Assembly (NCBI GenBank): GCA_963740355.1
Contig: CAVUDW010000003.1
Span: 1,024,001 to 1,088,000, forward strand
DNA: 64,000 nt
Reading direction: 5' to 3'
DNA from: an uncultured Gemmatimonadaceae bacterium
Lineage (GTDB): Bacteria > Gemmatimonadota > Gemmatimonadetes > Gemmatimonadales > Gemmatimonadaceae
How positions within the stretch are numbered: the stretch's first letter is position 1; each line of letters opens with the position of its first letter. The translations under genes and the position numbers were made by a program. The notes beneath the pieces are model-generated. The model saw only the letters and a list, made by a program, of their open reading frames with translations. It was not told the origin of the DNA and ran no database searches. This document shows positions 9,629 to 19,601 of the stretch, in pieces.

Positions 9629-10824
9629 CCGCCATCGCTGCGCCAATCGCACAAAGCACCTCGCGGCCACGCTTCGATCGCCCCTCGGTGCTGCGCCTGA
9701 TGCTTGGCCATGGCGCGACGGATTTCTATCAGGCCGCCGTGCCGGCACTGGTGCCGTACTTCATCGCCACCTTTCACCTCACACTCGCACGCGGCGCCAC
9801 CGCGGTGTTTGCAGCCACGATCCTGTCGGCGGTCCTGCAACCGTATTTCGGGTGGCTGGCCGATCGCCGCGCCACACCGTGGCTGACCACGGGAGGATTG
9901 ATCCTCGCCGCAGGAGGCGTCGCACTCGCCGTGCTGGCACCGACGTATCCGATCGCGCTGGCGGCGGTGGCTGCCGCGGGCATCGGCGTGGCAGCGTTTC
10001 ATCCGGAAGCGACACGCGCGGTGAACATGTTCTCCGGCGACCGGAAGGGCGCTGGCATGAGCTTCTTCACGATCGGCGGCAACATCGGCTTCGCGCTGGC
10101 ACCGATCATCGTCGTGCCACTCGCGAATCCCACCAGTCGCCCGGTGCTGGCGGCCCTCTGCCTGATCTCGATTCCCTGCGCCTGGATCCTGAATCGCGCG
10201 ATGGGCGCACTCCCGCGCGAGCGCGGACATGCATCACGCTCTGCCGCGCATGATGCGACGCTGCCGACCGATGCCTGGGGCGCATTTGCGCTGCTCGGCA
10301 TTGCCATCGGCATGCGCAGCATGATGGTGGTGGCCATGAACACCTTCCTGCCGACCTACTGGTCGCGCTCACTCCACGTCACGCTGCAAAGCGGAGCGTT
10401 CGCCCTCTCGATGTTGCTGACGATCGGCCTCGCCGGCGTCTTCGTCGGTGGCAAGCTCGCGGATCGCGTTGGAGCGAAGCGTGTGATCCTCTGGAGTTTC
10501 GCGGCCATCGGCCCGGCGTTCTTCCTGCTCGCGCGCGCGCACACCCTCATCGAGGCATGGTTGGCGCTCCCGATCCTCGCATTCGCCCTCTTCGCCCCTG
10601 GTGGCGTGATGGTGGTGCTGGGTCAGGCCTACCTGCCGCGACACCTCGGCACCGCCTCAGGCGTGACCGTTGGACTCGCCGTCACGTTCGGCGGCCTCGC
10701 CGCACCGTTGCTTGGCCGCATGGCCGACATCAACGGCCTTCACGCGATGATCCTGCTGCTCGCGGCCTGCGCACCGATCATGGCGATGCTGGCGTGGATG
10801 CTGCCTGATCGTCGTCACGTTTGA
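9625..10824 (+). CDS. MFS transporter, Fsr (fosmidomycin resistance)-like
   Basis: GHGATDFYQ, QPYFGWLADR, AAFHPEA, GGNIGFALAP; GTGA overlap with the FadR gene. Confidence 0.88.
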   Translation: MTAIAAPIAQSTSRPRFDRPSVLRLMLGHGATDFYQAAVPALVPYFIATFHLTLARGATAVFAATILSAVLQPYFGWLADRRATPWLTTGGLILAAGGVALAVLAPTYPIALAAVAAAGIGVAAFHPEATRAVNMFSGDRKGAGMSFFTIGGNIGFALAPIIVVPLANPTSRPVLAALCLISIPCAWILNRAMGALPRERGHASRSAAHDATLPTDAWGAFALLGIAIGMRSMMVVAMNTFLPTYWSRSLHVTLQSGAFALSMLLTIGLAGVFVGGKLADRVGAKRVILWSFAAIGPAFFLLARAHTLIEAWLALPILAFALFAPGGVMVVLGQAYLPRHLGTASGVTVGLAVTFGGLAAPLLGRMADINGLHAMILLLAACAPIMAMLAWMLPDRRHV

Positions 10825-11884
10825 CGGGGGCCGTGACTTCGCCCTCGAGGATGACGGTCGCGCCCACCTCGCGGTAGCCGCCGAGCATGACTGGCGAGGT
10901 GGGATCGGCGTGGTGCAGCAACGGCATGCGGATGGCGAAGTTCGACACGATCCACTGACCGTTCGCCAGACGGCGTAGCACGACTTCGCCGCCAGCATGT
11001 TTCGCCTGCACGGGAATCAATCGGCGGGACATGACGTAGCGGAACTCGATGCGCCGCAGTTCGCCGCTGAGTGTGTCGACGAACGCCGTGCCTTCGACAT
11101 CGGCCACCGAGCGGCCACGTACGGGTTGAAAGCTCAACTCGGCCAGTGCCGGATCCCGGTCGCGCTTTGGCGTGGCGAAGCAATGCGTGGTGAGAAATGC
11201 GTCGCTCAACAACGATTGCTCGTCAGGGGCGAAGAACGAGAAATCGCCGCCCTCCTCGCGCCGCACATAGCCGACCGACGCGAGTGAGTCGGCGTTGAAC
11301 GCCGAGTATGGGCGACCGTAGCCGGCGCCACTGCGGGTGATGATCGAGCTCAACTCCATCAGCGCCGGCGTGAGTTCACGTTGACGCTCGACGATGCGCA
11401 GCCGCGGCATGTTGAGCGAGTCGGCACGCGACAGCGTGGACGCGCGAAGTGCGAGCGTGATCTGTTCCCACAGTGTCGCGGCGCGATCTTCGCCTTCCGG
11501 CGCGCGTCCGCAGATGCCGGCGTTGGCGAGCACGCGCACGGGCGGCAACGCCTGGCGGATGGCTTGCACGCGAAGTGGCAACGTGACGACAGCCCCAGCT
11601 GCCACACGAATCGGCGGCATTCGGCGCGGCGTGAGACCGATGCGACGCACGGTGATGGTCCACAATCCGGCAGATGGCAGCTTCAGCGAAGCGAGCCCAC
11701 CGACATTGCTCAGCGCATCGACCGTGACGGTTCCAAGCGAATCCCGAGCGCTGACCAAGGCACCCGGAACGGGCCCGCCGGTCGTCGAATCTCGCAGCTC
11801 GACACGCACGACCTGCGCGTGAAGAGCGACCGCGGCCATAAGCGGGAGCAGCGCGCGACCGAAACACGACATCGCGCCGCGCAT
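10778..11884 (-). CDS. Exported protein with carboxypeptidase-regulatory-like domain
   Basis: Signal peptide ...AVALHAQ, then VRVELRDSTTGGPVPGALVS...TVRRIG; start uncertain (11872-11938). Confidence 0.7.
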   Translation of the reverse strand: MRGAMSCFGRALLPLMAAVALHAQVVRVELRDSTTGGPVPGALVSARDSLGTVTVDALSNVGGLASLKLPSAGLWTITVRRIGLTPRRMPPIRVAAGAVVTLPLRVQAIRQALPPVRVLANAGICGRAPEGEDRAATLWEQITLALRASTLSRADSLNMPRLRIVERQRELTPALMELSSIITRSGAGYGRPYSAFNADSLASVGYVRREEGGDFSFFAPDEQSLLSDAFLTTHCFATPKRDRDPALAELSFQPVRGRSVADVEGTAFVDTLSGELRRIEFRYVMSRRLIPVQAKHAGGEVVLRRLANGQWIVSNFAIRMPLLHHADPTSPVMLGGYREVGATVILEGEVTAPVKRDDDQAASTPASP

Positions 11885-11980
11885 GGATCCTTTCATCTGG
11901 CCGAGGCGCTTAATTTTGGAGAATTCACAGCGTGACATAACCCGCGCGCTCCACCAACGTCAACTGGACCTCAGAGACAT

Positions 11981-12427
11981 ATGGCTGCACATACGATCAA
12001 GCCGCTCGTCACCGCCACCGCGACCAGCACCGGTGGCCGCAATGGTCATTCCGAAACGACGGACGGCTCCGTCAGCGTCAACCTCTCGGTTCGCAAGGAA
12101 ATGGGCGGACCCGGCCTGCCGAATACCACCACACCGGAACATCTGTTCGCAGCAGGATACGCAGCCTGCTTCGGCGGCGCGCTGGAATTCGTGGCGAGCC
12201 AGCACAAGAAGGACGTGAAGGGCGCCAGCACGACCTGCGAAACCACGATCGGACCGCGTGAAGGCGGCGGGTTCGGCATCGCAGTGAAGATGCTCGTGAA
12301 GGTGCCGACGCTCAGCACCGCTGATGCCACGGTGCTGGCGAACGAAACGCATGAAAATATCTGTCCCTACAGCCACGCCACGCGCGGCAACATCGACTTT
12401 GCGTTGACCGTCGAAGGCAACGACTGA
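11981..12427 (+). CDS. ohr: Organic hydroperoxide resistance protein (Ohr/OsmC family)
   Basis: GGRNG, PEHLFAAGYAACF and CPYSHATRGNI motifs. Confidence 0.93.
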   Translation: MAAHTIKPLVTATATSTGGRNGHSETTDGSVSVNLSVRKEMGGPGLPNTTTPEHLFAAGYAACFGGALEFVASQHKKDVKGASTTCETTIGPREGGGFGIAVKMLVKVPTLSTADATVLANETHENICPYSHATRGNIDFALTVEGND

Positions 12428-12464
12428 TCACGGGCGATGCGTGCTCCGGCCACGCTGCGATGCA

Positions 12465-14759
12465 CTAAAGCAGCGTGACCGGATCACGATCCCATGCCAG
12501 CCGCAGGCCAGCGGTGGATGGCACCGGGCCGTGCTCGACGACGTAGCGGCCGATGCGACCCAGCATCTCGGTGTCGCGACTCTTCACCAGGAAGTGCCAC
12601 CGCCAGCGCTGCTTTATGCGCTCTACCGGGCAGGGTGCCGCACCGACGATCTCGACGGCGCCCGGCATGCGCGTCTCCACCAATCGACGCGTCCACTCCG
12701 CAAGCGCGCGTGCCGCATCGGCGGTGGCCAGTTCTTCGGTGCCGCTCACGACGGCATTCGCGAGGAACAACGTCGGTGGATAGGGCGGACTGGTGCGACC
12801 GGCCAGTTCCTCGGCGGCGAAACGCAGGTAGTCATGCGTCACCGCGCAGGTGACCGCGTGATGCGTCGGCTCGCGCGTCTGGATGAACACTTCCCCGCCC
12901 TTCGCGCCGCGTCCTGCACGACCAGCCACCTGGCTGAGGAGCTGGAAGCAGCGCTCACTGGCACGAAAGTCTGGAAGATTGATGCCGACATCGGCGTCGA
13001 TCACGCCAACCAGCGTGACATTCGGAAAGTCGAGTCCCTTCGCAATCATCTGCGTGCCGAGCAGGATGTCGACTTCACCGGAGGACACACGATCGAGGAT
13101 CGTGGCGTGTGCCCACTTGGCGCCGGTGGTGTCCATGTCCATGCGCGCGATCCGCGCCTCCGGCCATCGCTCCGCGAGCAAGCGCTCGAGCTGCTGCGTG
13201 CCAAGGCCGCGTTCGCGGAGTGGCGGACCGCTGCAGTTCGGGCAGTGCGCAGGAGGCGCCTCGCGATGACCACAGTAGTGGCAGGCAAGACGTTCCGGCG
13301 TGCGATGATAGGTGAGGGCGATCGCGCAGTTCGGGCACTGCGCGACCCATCCGCAATCGCCGCACTGCATGAAGTGTGCGTACCCGCGTCGATTGAGGAG
13401 CAGGATCGACTGTTCCTTCTTCGCGATGCGTTCGGTGATCGCCTTCTCGAGCGCTGGCGTGATGGCGTGCGCGAGCGAGGTGCCTTGCGGCGTGACTGAC
13501 GCACCCGAGCCGCCCTGTTGTTGCGTGCGCCGCACGGCTGCTTCCTTTCGACGATCGATCACGTGCACGGCTGGCAGCTGCGCACCACCCGCTCTTTCCG
13601 GCAGTTCGAGCAACACCAACTCGCCGCGTTGCGCCTGCGTCCAGCTTTCGAGGCTGGGGCTGGCGCTGCCGAGCACGAAGGTCGCACCTTCTGCAACAGC
13701 GCGCACGCGTGCGAGGTCACGTGCGTGGTAGCGTGGTGACTCCCCCTGCTTGTACGTCGCCTCGTGCTCCTCGTCGACGACGATCGCGCCCAGCTGGTGC
13801 ACCGGCGCAAAGATGGCGGAGCGCGCACCGACGACGATCCGCTTTTCTCCACGCCGGATCTGCGCCCAGGCGTCGTATCGTTCGCCATCGGACAGCGCCG
13901 AGTGCAGGACGGCCACCTGGTCACCGAACGCCGTGCGAAACCGATCAACTGTTTGTGGCGTGAGCGCGATTTCCGGCACCAGCACGATCGCGCCCTGCCC
14001 GCGTCGCTCGATCACGTCGCGCAGATACTCGATGTAGACGAGCGTCTTGCCGCTGCCAGTGACGCCGCGCAGCAACGCACCGGCACCGGGCGGCAGTGCT
14101 GACAGCGCCGCGATTGCGCGCGTCTGTGCATCGGTAGGGACGAGCTTTTGTGCCGCTGCGATCGCACGGGTCGAGAACGGGTCGCGCGTGACCGGCGCCG
14201 AATCGATGGCCACCAGGCCGCGATTCACCAGCTGCTTGAGCACCGCATCCGTCACGTCGGCCTGCTCGAGCAATGCGCGCACCGGATGCGTGTTGCCCAG
14301 CGACTCGAGCAACTCGAACAACATGCGCTGCTTCGGTGCCCGCTTGAACAGCGCATCCCGCTCCATCAGGCTTTCGAGCGGTGATGCAATACGTGCCACA
14401 CGCTGGCGCTTGATTGGCGCCACCGGCACCGCGACCCCGGTCAGTGCGACCGGCAGCATGGCGCGCAGCACGATGCCGGGTGGTGCGGCGTAGTACCGGG
14501 CCATCCAGCGCGCGAGCACCAGTAGCTCCGGCGAGAGCGCGGGATCGATGTCGGGCGCGTTGATGATGTCACGCAGCTTGCCCTTCGCGGGCGCTGGCAC
14601 ATCGATCGCGGTGACGATGCCGATCAACGTGCGCCCGCCGAGGGGCACCACGACCCGGGCGCCGGGCACGACTCGGTCACGCCATTGCTCCGGCACGGCG
14701 TACACGTACGCGCGCGGAACCGCGACAGGAAGCGCGACGGCAGCCAGCAGAGTGGTCAC
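12465..14759 (-). CDS. priA: Primosomal protein N' (replication restart helicase)
   Basis: GVTGSGKT, LVPEIALTPQ, DEEH, LNRRGY, four CxxC pairs, GTQMIAKGLDFP. Confidence 0.96.
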   Translation of the reverse strand: MTTLLAAVALPVAVPRAYVYAVPEQWRDRVVPGARVVVPLGGRTLIGIVTAIDVPAPAKGKLRDIINAPDIDPALSPELLVLARWMARYYAAPPGIVLRAMLPVALTGVAVPVAPIKRQRVARIASPLESLMERDALFKRAPKQRMLFELLESLGNTHPVRALLEQADVTDAVLKQLVNRGLVAIDSAPVTRDPFSTRAIAAAQKLVPTDAQTRAIAALSALPPGAGALLRGVTGSGKTLVYIEYLRDVIERRGQGAIVLVPEIALTPQTVDRFRTAFGDQVAVLHSALSDGERYDAWAQIRRGEKRIVVGARSAIFAPVHQLGAIVVDEEHEATYKQGESPRYHARDLARVRAVAEGATFVLGSASPSLESWTQAQRGELVLLELPERAGGAQLPAVHVIDRRKEAAVRRTQQQGGSGASVTPQGTSLAHAITPALEKAITERIAKKEQSILLLNRRGYAHFMQCGDCGWVAQCPNCAIALTYHRTPERLACHYCGHREAPPAHCPNCSGPPLRERGLGTQQLERLLAERWPEARIARMDMDTTGAKWAHATILDRVSSGEVDILLGTQMIAKGLDFPNVTLVGVIDADVGINLPDFRASERCFQLLSQVAGRAGRGAKGGEVFIQTREPTHHAVTCAVTHDYLRFAAEELAGRTSPPYPPTLFLANAVVSGTEELATADAARALAEWTRRLVETRMPGAVEIVGAAPCPVERIKQRWRWHFLVKSRDTEMLGRIGRYVVEHGPVPSTAGLRLAWDRDPVTLL

Positions 14760-14773
14760 CCGATCAACCTAAC

Positions 14774-15805
14774 TTACCGACGGGTGACGCCGAGCCCCGG
14801 GGCGGTGGGAAGCGACACGATTCCGTTCGTGATCGTGGCGCCAACGAATGGATCGTGTCGAAGCAGCGCCGCACCATCGAGGTCGACGCAGTCGAGGAGC
14901 GGCGCCAGGTGTGCCGCCGCGGTGATGCCGAGGGATGTCTCGATCATGCAGCCAGCCATTACCAGCATGCCGTGCGAACGCGCGGTGTGGATGATGCGGA
15001 TCGCCTCACGCAGCGAGCCACACTTGGCGAGCTTCAGGTTCACGCCATCGACGACGCCCACCAGCTTCGCGACGTCGCTGGCTACGAGGCAACTCTCGTC
15101 AGCGACGATCGGCAGGTCACAGTGGTCGCGCACGAATCGCAACCCCGCGAGGTCCGTCGGCGGCAGCGGCTGCTCGATGAACTCCACCGCGAGTTCCGTC
15201 AGGAGCGGCGCCATCGCGAGCGTCTGCTTGGGTGTCCAGGCCGCATTGGCGTCGACGCGCAGCACGGCGTCCGGCGCTTCTTCACGCACCAGCGTGATGA
15301 TGCGACGATCGCGGTCACTGCCCAGCTTCACCTTCAGGATCGGATAACCCGCCGCGACAGCCTCTTGCACACGTGAACGGAGCGTGTCGTCGTCGGCTGC
15401 GATGGCGATGGTGAAGCTGGTTCGCGGGCTCGCAGACGGCGTCAGGCCCCAGAGCTTCCAGAGCGGCACACCAAGTCGCTTGCCCTGCAAGTCGTGCAAC
15501 GCTGCACTGACCGCACAGCGCGCGGCCGCATTGAATCGCAGCGCAGTCACCATCGCCACTTCGATTTTCTCGATCTCCGAGGCGTTGGACTCCTCGATGA
15601 TCGGGCGCAACCGCTCGAGGGCTGCGAGCACCGTGTCGGCCGTTTCGCCGTAGAACCGGCTCGGCGCCGCTTCGCCCCACCCTTCCAGGCCATCCTCGTC
15701 GATCAGCCGCACCCAGACCACGCGCCACTCGCTCGACCCGCCTCGTGCGATGACGAAGGGATGCGTCGTGTGGACGGTGAGGACTTCGGTTTCGAGTCGG
15801 ATCAT
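14774..15805 (-). CDS. Dipeptide (L-Ala-D/L-Glu) epimerase, enolase superfamily
   Basis: PFVIARG, GWGEAAP, KVKLG, RVDANAAW, IEQP, ADES, KLAKCG, GCMIE, DLDG. Confidence 0.9.
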   Translation of the reverse strand: MIRLETEVLTVHTTHPFVIARGGSSEWRVVWVRLIDEDGLEGWGEAAPSRFYGETADTVLAALERLRPIIEESNASEIEKIEVAMVTALRFNAAARCAVSAALHDLQGKRLGVPLWKLWGLTPSASPRTSFTIAIAADDDTLRSRVQEAVAAGYPILKVKLGSDRDRRIITLVREEAPDAVLRVDANAAWTPKQTLAMAPLLTELAVEFIEQPLPPTDLAGLRFVRDHCDLPIVADESCLVASDVAKLVGVVDGVNLKLAKCGSLREAIRIIHTARSHGMLVMAGCMIETSLGITAAAHLAPLLDCVDLDGAALLRHDPFVGATITNGIVSLPTAPGLGVTRR

Positions 15806-16806
15806 GGGGCGATGGCGGGCGTCAGGCGGGCGAGGCGCGCCGCACGAACGGCGGGTACGTCGAGCGACGCGGAATCGATCACGCGAATCAACGCATCGGC
15901 GAGGTCGACGCCACGCTGGTACCGCTCGCTCGCCGCCTTGGTGAGGCAGCGCATCGTGATCTGTGACAACATCGGCGACACCGCCGGTGCGGTGACATCC
16001 AGCGGCGTGGGCATTTCATGCACATGCTTGTAGCCGACCGCGTACGAGTCTTCGCCGTCGAATGGCGGGACACCGGCCAACATTTCGTAGAGCATCACGC
16101 CGCACGCATACACATCGCTGCGACCGTCGACGGGCTTCCCCATCGCCTGCTCCGGCGACATGTAGTGCGGAGTGCCCATGGCGCGGCCGGTGCCGGTCAG
16201 TCCCTTGTGAAAGCCCGCCGTGGCAATGCCGAAGTCGGTGATCAGCGCCGTGCCATCGGCATCGAACAGCACGTTGTCCGGCTTCACGTCGCGGTGCACG
16301 ATGCCGTGGCGATGCGCATGATCGAGACCGGTGGCAATCTGCGCGACGATCGCTGCACTCTCGGTCGGCGGCACTGTGCGATGGCGCGCCAGCCGATCGG
16401 CCAACGATCCACCGGGCAGGAACGGCATCACCACGAACGTGCTGTCGCGAGTCACGCCGGCGTCGAGGATCGTGCAGACGTTCGGATGGCTGAGCCGACT
16501 CGCCGCCTCTGCCTCGCGCCGGAATCGCTCGCGCATCTCGGGATCGCGGGAGAGGTGCGAATACAACACCTTGATCACCACGCGACGCCCGAGCACGGAA
16601 TGCGACGCCTCGTACACATGCGCCATGCCGCCGCTGGCAATGCGGCGCACGATGGCGAACCGGCCACCCGTCGCGCGACGCAACGCCGTGATCTCCGCGT
16701 CGGGCACATCGATGGGAGGCGCGGAGACATTGGGCAACGCATGGCCGCACCGCACACAATTCGGCGCAGCGGAGCGATTCCAGGTGCCACAATCAGGGCA
16801 GAACAT
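15802..16806 (-). CDS. Hanks-type Ser/Thr protein kinase with N-terminal zinc ribbon
   Basis: CPDCG..CVRCG; GGMAHVY, HRDVKPDN, DFG, GTPHYMSPEQ, SDVY; no TM segment. Confidence 0.93.
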   Translation of the reverse strand: MFCPDCGTWNRSAAPNCVRCGHALPNVSAPPIDVPDAEITALRRATGGRFAIVRRIASGGMAHVYEASHSVLGRRVVIKVLYSHLSRDPEMRERFRREAEAASRLSHPNVCTILDAGVTRDSTFVVMPFLPGGSLADRLARHRTVPPTESAAIVAQIATGLDHAHRHGIVHRDVKPDNVLFDADGTALITDFGIATAGFHKGLTGTGRAMGTPHYMSPEQAMGKPVDGRSDVYACGVMLYEMLAGVPPFDGEDSYAVGYKHVHEMPTPLDVTAPAVSPMLSQITMRCLTKAASERYQRGVDLADALIRVIDSASLDVPAVRAARLARLTPAIAP

Positions 16807-16823
16807 GCAGAGCGGGGTTCAGG

Positions 16824-17492
16824 CTAGAACTGGAGCCGGACAAAATCGTACACGGGCCACGGTCCGGTGAGACGCAGCGTGAGACCTGGCGACCGGACGT
16901 CCTCCGCAGCGACCTCAGCCGCAAAGCGATCCCACGATACGCGCTCCACGAGGAACGCCTCCGTCGCGATCGTTGTCCCGTCACCCACAGTATCGGAGGA
17001 GACAGGCACAGTGGCCGCCGCGTAACGTCGAAGCGAGCGGAACGATTCGACCGCCGCAGCTGACGGCGGCAAGACCGAGGGGTCGGACGTGGCGCCGGCG
17101 GCGTCGCGATCCGCCGTCACGCGGGCTGCGATCCGACCATCGATGTAGGCGAGCCCATCCGCCAGTGCTACGGCGTGCAGCTCGAGCCACTGAAGGGCGC
17201 TGGCGGCCGTGCGGAACGTCGTCAACGGCGGCGCTGGAATGATCGTGGCTGTCCGCGACAGCGCTGCAATCGCCGCGTGGTGCTCGAGCAGCACGGCCTC
17301 GCTGACGGTGTCGTGATGCTTCGCGCACGGGCGCACGATGGCCGCCACATCACGGAACGAGATGCCATGCGCACCGGCGCCCGAGAGTCGGACCGCGTCA
17401 GTGATCGCGTTGGCATGCACCACGCCGATCAGGCGGAAAGCGCCAGCGCGCGCGGGCGGCACCACACCCGTACCCATGCTCGGCGTCGGCAC
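16824..17492 (-). CDS. GvpL/GvpF family (gas vesicle accessory)-like protein
   Basis: LIGVV..ISFRDVAAIV..LLEHHAAI..PAPPLTTF..AFLVERVSWDRF..LTGPWPVYDFV; GTG start overlaps the corA stop. Confidence 0.72.
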   Translation of the reverse strand: MPTPSMGTGVVPPARAGAFRLIGVVHANAITDAVRLSGAGAHGISFRDVAAIVRPCAKHHDTVSEAVLLEHHAAIAALSRTATIIPAPPLTTFRTAASALQWLELHAVALADGLAYIDGRIAARVTADRDAAGATSDPSVLPPSAAAVESFRSLRRYAAATVPVSSDTVGDGTTIATEAFLVERVSWDRFAAEVAAEDVRSPGLTLRLTGPWPVYDFVRLQF

Positions 17493-18622
17493 TAGAGCAA
17501 TTCCCACTTGCGCAGCAACCACACCAGGAAGACCCCAAGCCCCAGCTGCACCGCAAGCATGATCCAGAATCCGTGCGAATGATGCGAGAGCGGGATGTCC
17601 TCGAAGTTCATCCCCCACATGCCGCTCACGACGACGAACGGCACGCTCAACGTGGCAATCACGCTGAGGCCCTTCGTCACCTGGCCGAGTCGATTCGAGA
17701 CCTGCGAGAGATAGCTGTCCATGACGTTGGCCAGCAGTTCACGGTAGGTATCCACCGAATCGTTGATGCGCAGCACGTGGTCGTAGATGTCGCGAAACCA
17801 GACCTGTGATTCCGGCGGCAGGAATGGCGTCGGTCGATTGGTCATGATGTTGAAGACTTCGCGCTGTGGCATCAGGTGTCGCCGCATCGACAGGACGAGC
17901 CGCTTCACGGCAAACACGTCGCGCATGACTTCCTGGTCGAAACGCTGATACACCCGCTCCTCGAGGCCATCCACGAACTCGTCGATCTTGTCGAGCACGG
18001 GGAAGTACTCATCGACGGTGATGTCCATCAGTGCGTGCGCCACCCGCTCGACACCGCGCTGCAGCTGGTCGGGATTGGCGATCATCCGGTCGTAGACGAC
18101 ATCCACCGGCACACTGGGGCCGGCGTGCACCGTCACCAGCAGGTTCTTCGCAAGGAAGAAACAGAGGTTGTACGTCTCGACATCGTACGGATCATCGGTG
18201 GTGTCGCAGAACCGAAGGCCGCGCACGATCACGAAGAGCGAATTCTTGTACTCGTCGATCTTGACGCGACTCTGCGGATTGAGCGCATCCTCGACCGCCA
18301 GCGGATGGAAGTCGAAGACCTTCTCGAGCAACGCGACCTGATGCCGACTTTCGTTGTCGATGTCGACCCAGAGCGTGCCGTTGATCGTGCCGCACCGCAC
18401 CAGGTCGCGCAGCTCCACCGGATGCAGATCGGTGCGCACCGTGCCATCGCCCATCATGTAAGCGATCCGTGGCACACTGCTGGCTGCCACGACCGGCCGA
18501 ACCGGCTCACCCCGCGCGGCGGCCTCGTTCGCGTCCACCTCCGCCAGGCTCATCGACCGCGTGTCGTCACCACGGCGAAGCCGCGGCGGCATCGGTGTCT
18601 TCCGGCGGCGACTCTTGCTCAT
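17492..18622 (-). CDS. corA: Magnesium/cobalt transporter CorA
   Basis: LWVDI, FHPLAVEDA, WGMNF signature, two C-terminal TM helices; start taken at MSKSRRR. Confidence 0.92.
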   Translation of the reverse strand: MSKSRRRKTPMPPRLRRGDDTRSMSLAEVDANEAAARGEPVRPVVAASSVPRIAYMMGDGTVRTDLHPVELRDLVRCGTINGTLWVDIDNESRHQVALLEKVFDFHPLAVEDALNPQSRVKIDEYKNSLFVIVRGLRFCDTTDDPYDVETYNLCFFLAKNLLVTVHAGPSVPVDVVYDRMIANPDQLQRGVERVAHALMDITVDEYFPVLDKIDEFVDGLEERVYQRFDQEVMRDVFAVKRLVLSMRRHLMPQREVFNIMTNRPTPFLPPESQVWFRDIYDHVLRINDSVDTYRELLANVMDSYLSQVSNRLGQVTKGLSVIATLSVPFVVVSGMWGMNFEDIPLSHHSHGFWIMLAVQLGLGVFLVWLLRKWELL

Positions 18623-18674
18623 GCGGCCGCCGGCGGAGGAGAAGGAAGGAATCGCATCCCCGGCAAGATACCGA

Positions 18675-19601
18675 CTATCGCAACGCGCGGAGATGGGTGA
18701 CGCAGGCCTCACCGAGTCGCTCCGGCACGTACCCCCCTTCAAGCGCGCTGACGACGCGTCCGCCACACCACCCCTCGGCGCGAGTCACGACCAGTCGAGT
18801 GAGCTGCTCGATGTGCTCCATCTCGAGCGTGAACCCGCCCAACGGATCGCCGGCCAGGCAGTCGAATCCGGCGGAGATCAGCACCAGATCGGGGGTCCAA
18901 ACATCCGTCGCCGCATCGATGGCTTGCGTCAGGGCATCCACATAGACCGATGGTGGCAGCGCGGGCGTCATCGGCACGTTCCAGACGCTGCCATGCGGAC
19001 CGCGGTCCGATGCCGCACCACTGCCCGGATACCAGGGGGACTGATGCATGCTGACGAAACGAATCGCGGGATCGTCCTGCACCAGATCCTGCGTGCCATT
19101 GCCATGATGCACATCCCAGTCGACGATCAACACGCGATCGGCACCATGCCGGCGGCGGGCATAGTGGGCGCCGACGCCGATGTTGCCGAAGAGGCAGAAG
19201 CCCATCGCAGCGCCACGCAACGCGTGATGCCCCGGCGGCCGCACGGCACAGAAACTCCGCGTCACGGAGCCGTCGAAGGCCCAGTCGATGCCATCCAGCA
19301 CGCAGCCGACGCCGGCCGTCGCCGCATCCCAGCTTCCCGGACTGACGGGCGTGTCGGGATCCAGCTGCCCACCGCCAGTATCCGCCATCACGCGCACCCG
19401 CTCGACATAGCCTGCGTCGTGAGCCAACGCGATTTCAGCAGCCGTCGCATGCCGACCTTCACGATGCTCGATCGTGTCGAAGAGATCGAAGTCGTATCGC
19501 AGCGCGCGCGGAATGGCACGCAGCCGCCCGACGTGCTCGGGGTGATTCCAGCCGGTGTCGTGGCGACCACAATCCGAATGCGAGATGTATGCAACGGTCA
19601 C
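18675..19601 (-). CDS. Histone deacetylase family (AcuC/AphA-like) Zn-dependent deacylase
   Basis: HPEH, RPPGHHA, GFCLF, DWDVHHGNGTQ, SAGFD, LEGGY; GTG 19601 overlaps the upstream stop (GTGA). Confidence 0.93.
   Translation of the reverse strand: MTVAYISHSDCGRHDTGWNHPEHVGRLRAIPRALRYDFDLFDTIEHREGRHATAAEIALAHDAGYVERVRVMADTGGGQLDPDTPVSPGSWDAATAGVGCVLDGIDWAFDGSVTRSFCAVRPPGHHALRGAAMGFCLFGNIGVGAHYARRRHGADRVLIVDWDVHHGNGTQDLVQDDPAIRFVSMHQSPWYPGSGAASDRGPHGSVWNVPMTPALPPSVYVDALTQAIDAATDVWTPDLVLISAGFDCLAGDPLGGFTLEMEHIEQLTRLVVTRAEGWCGGRVVSALEGGYVPERLGEACVTHLRALR

Noticed and set aside
11909..11940. OhrR operator upstream of ohr (AATTTTGGAGAATT)
   Set aside because: Only a weak AT-rich dyad, and there is no ohrR in the window
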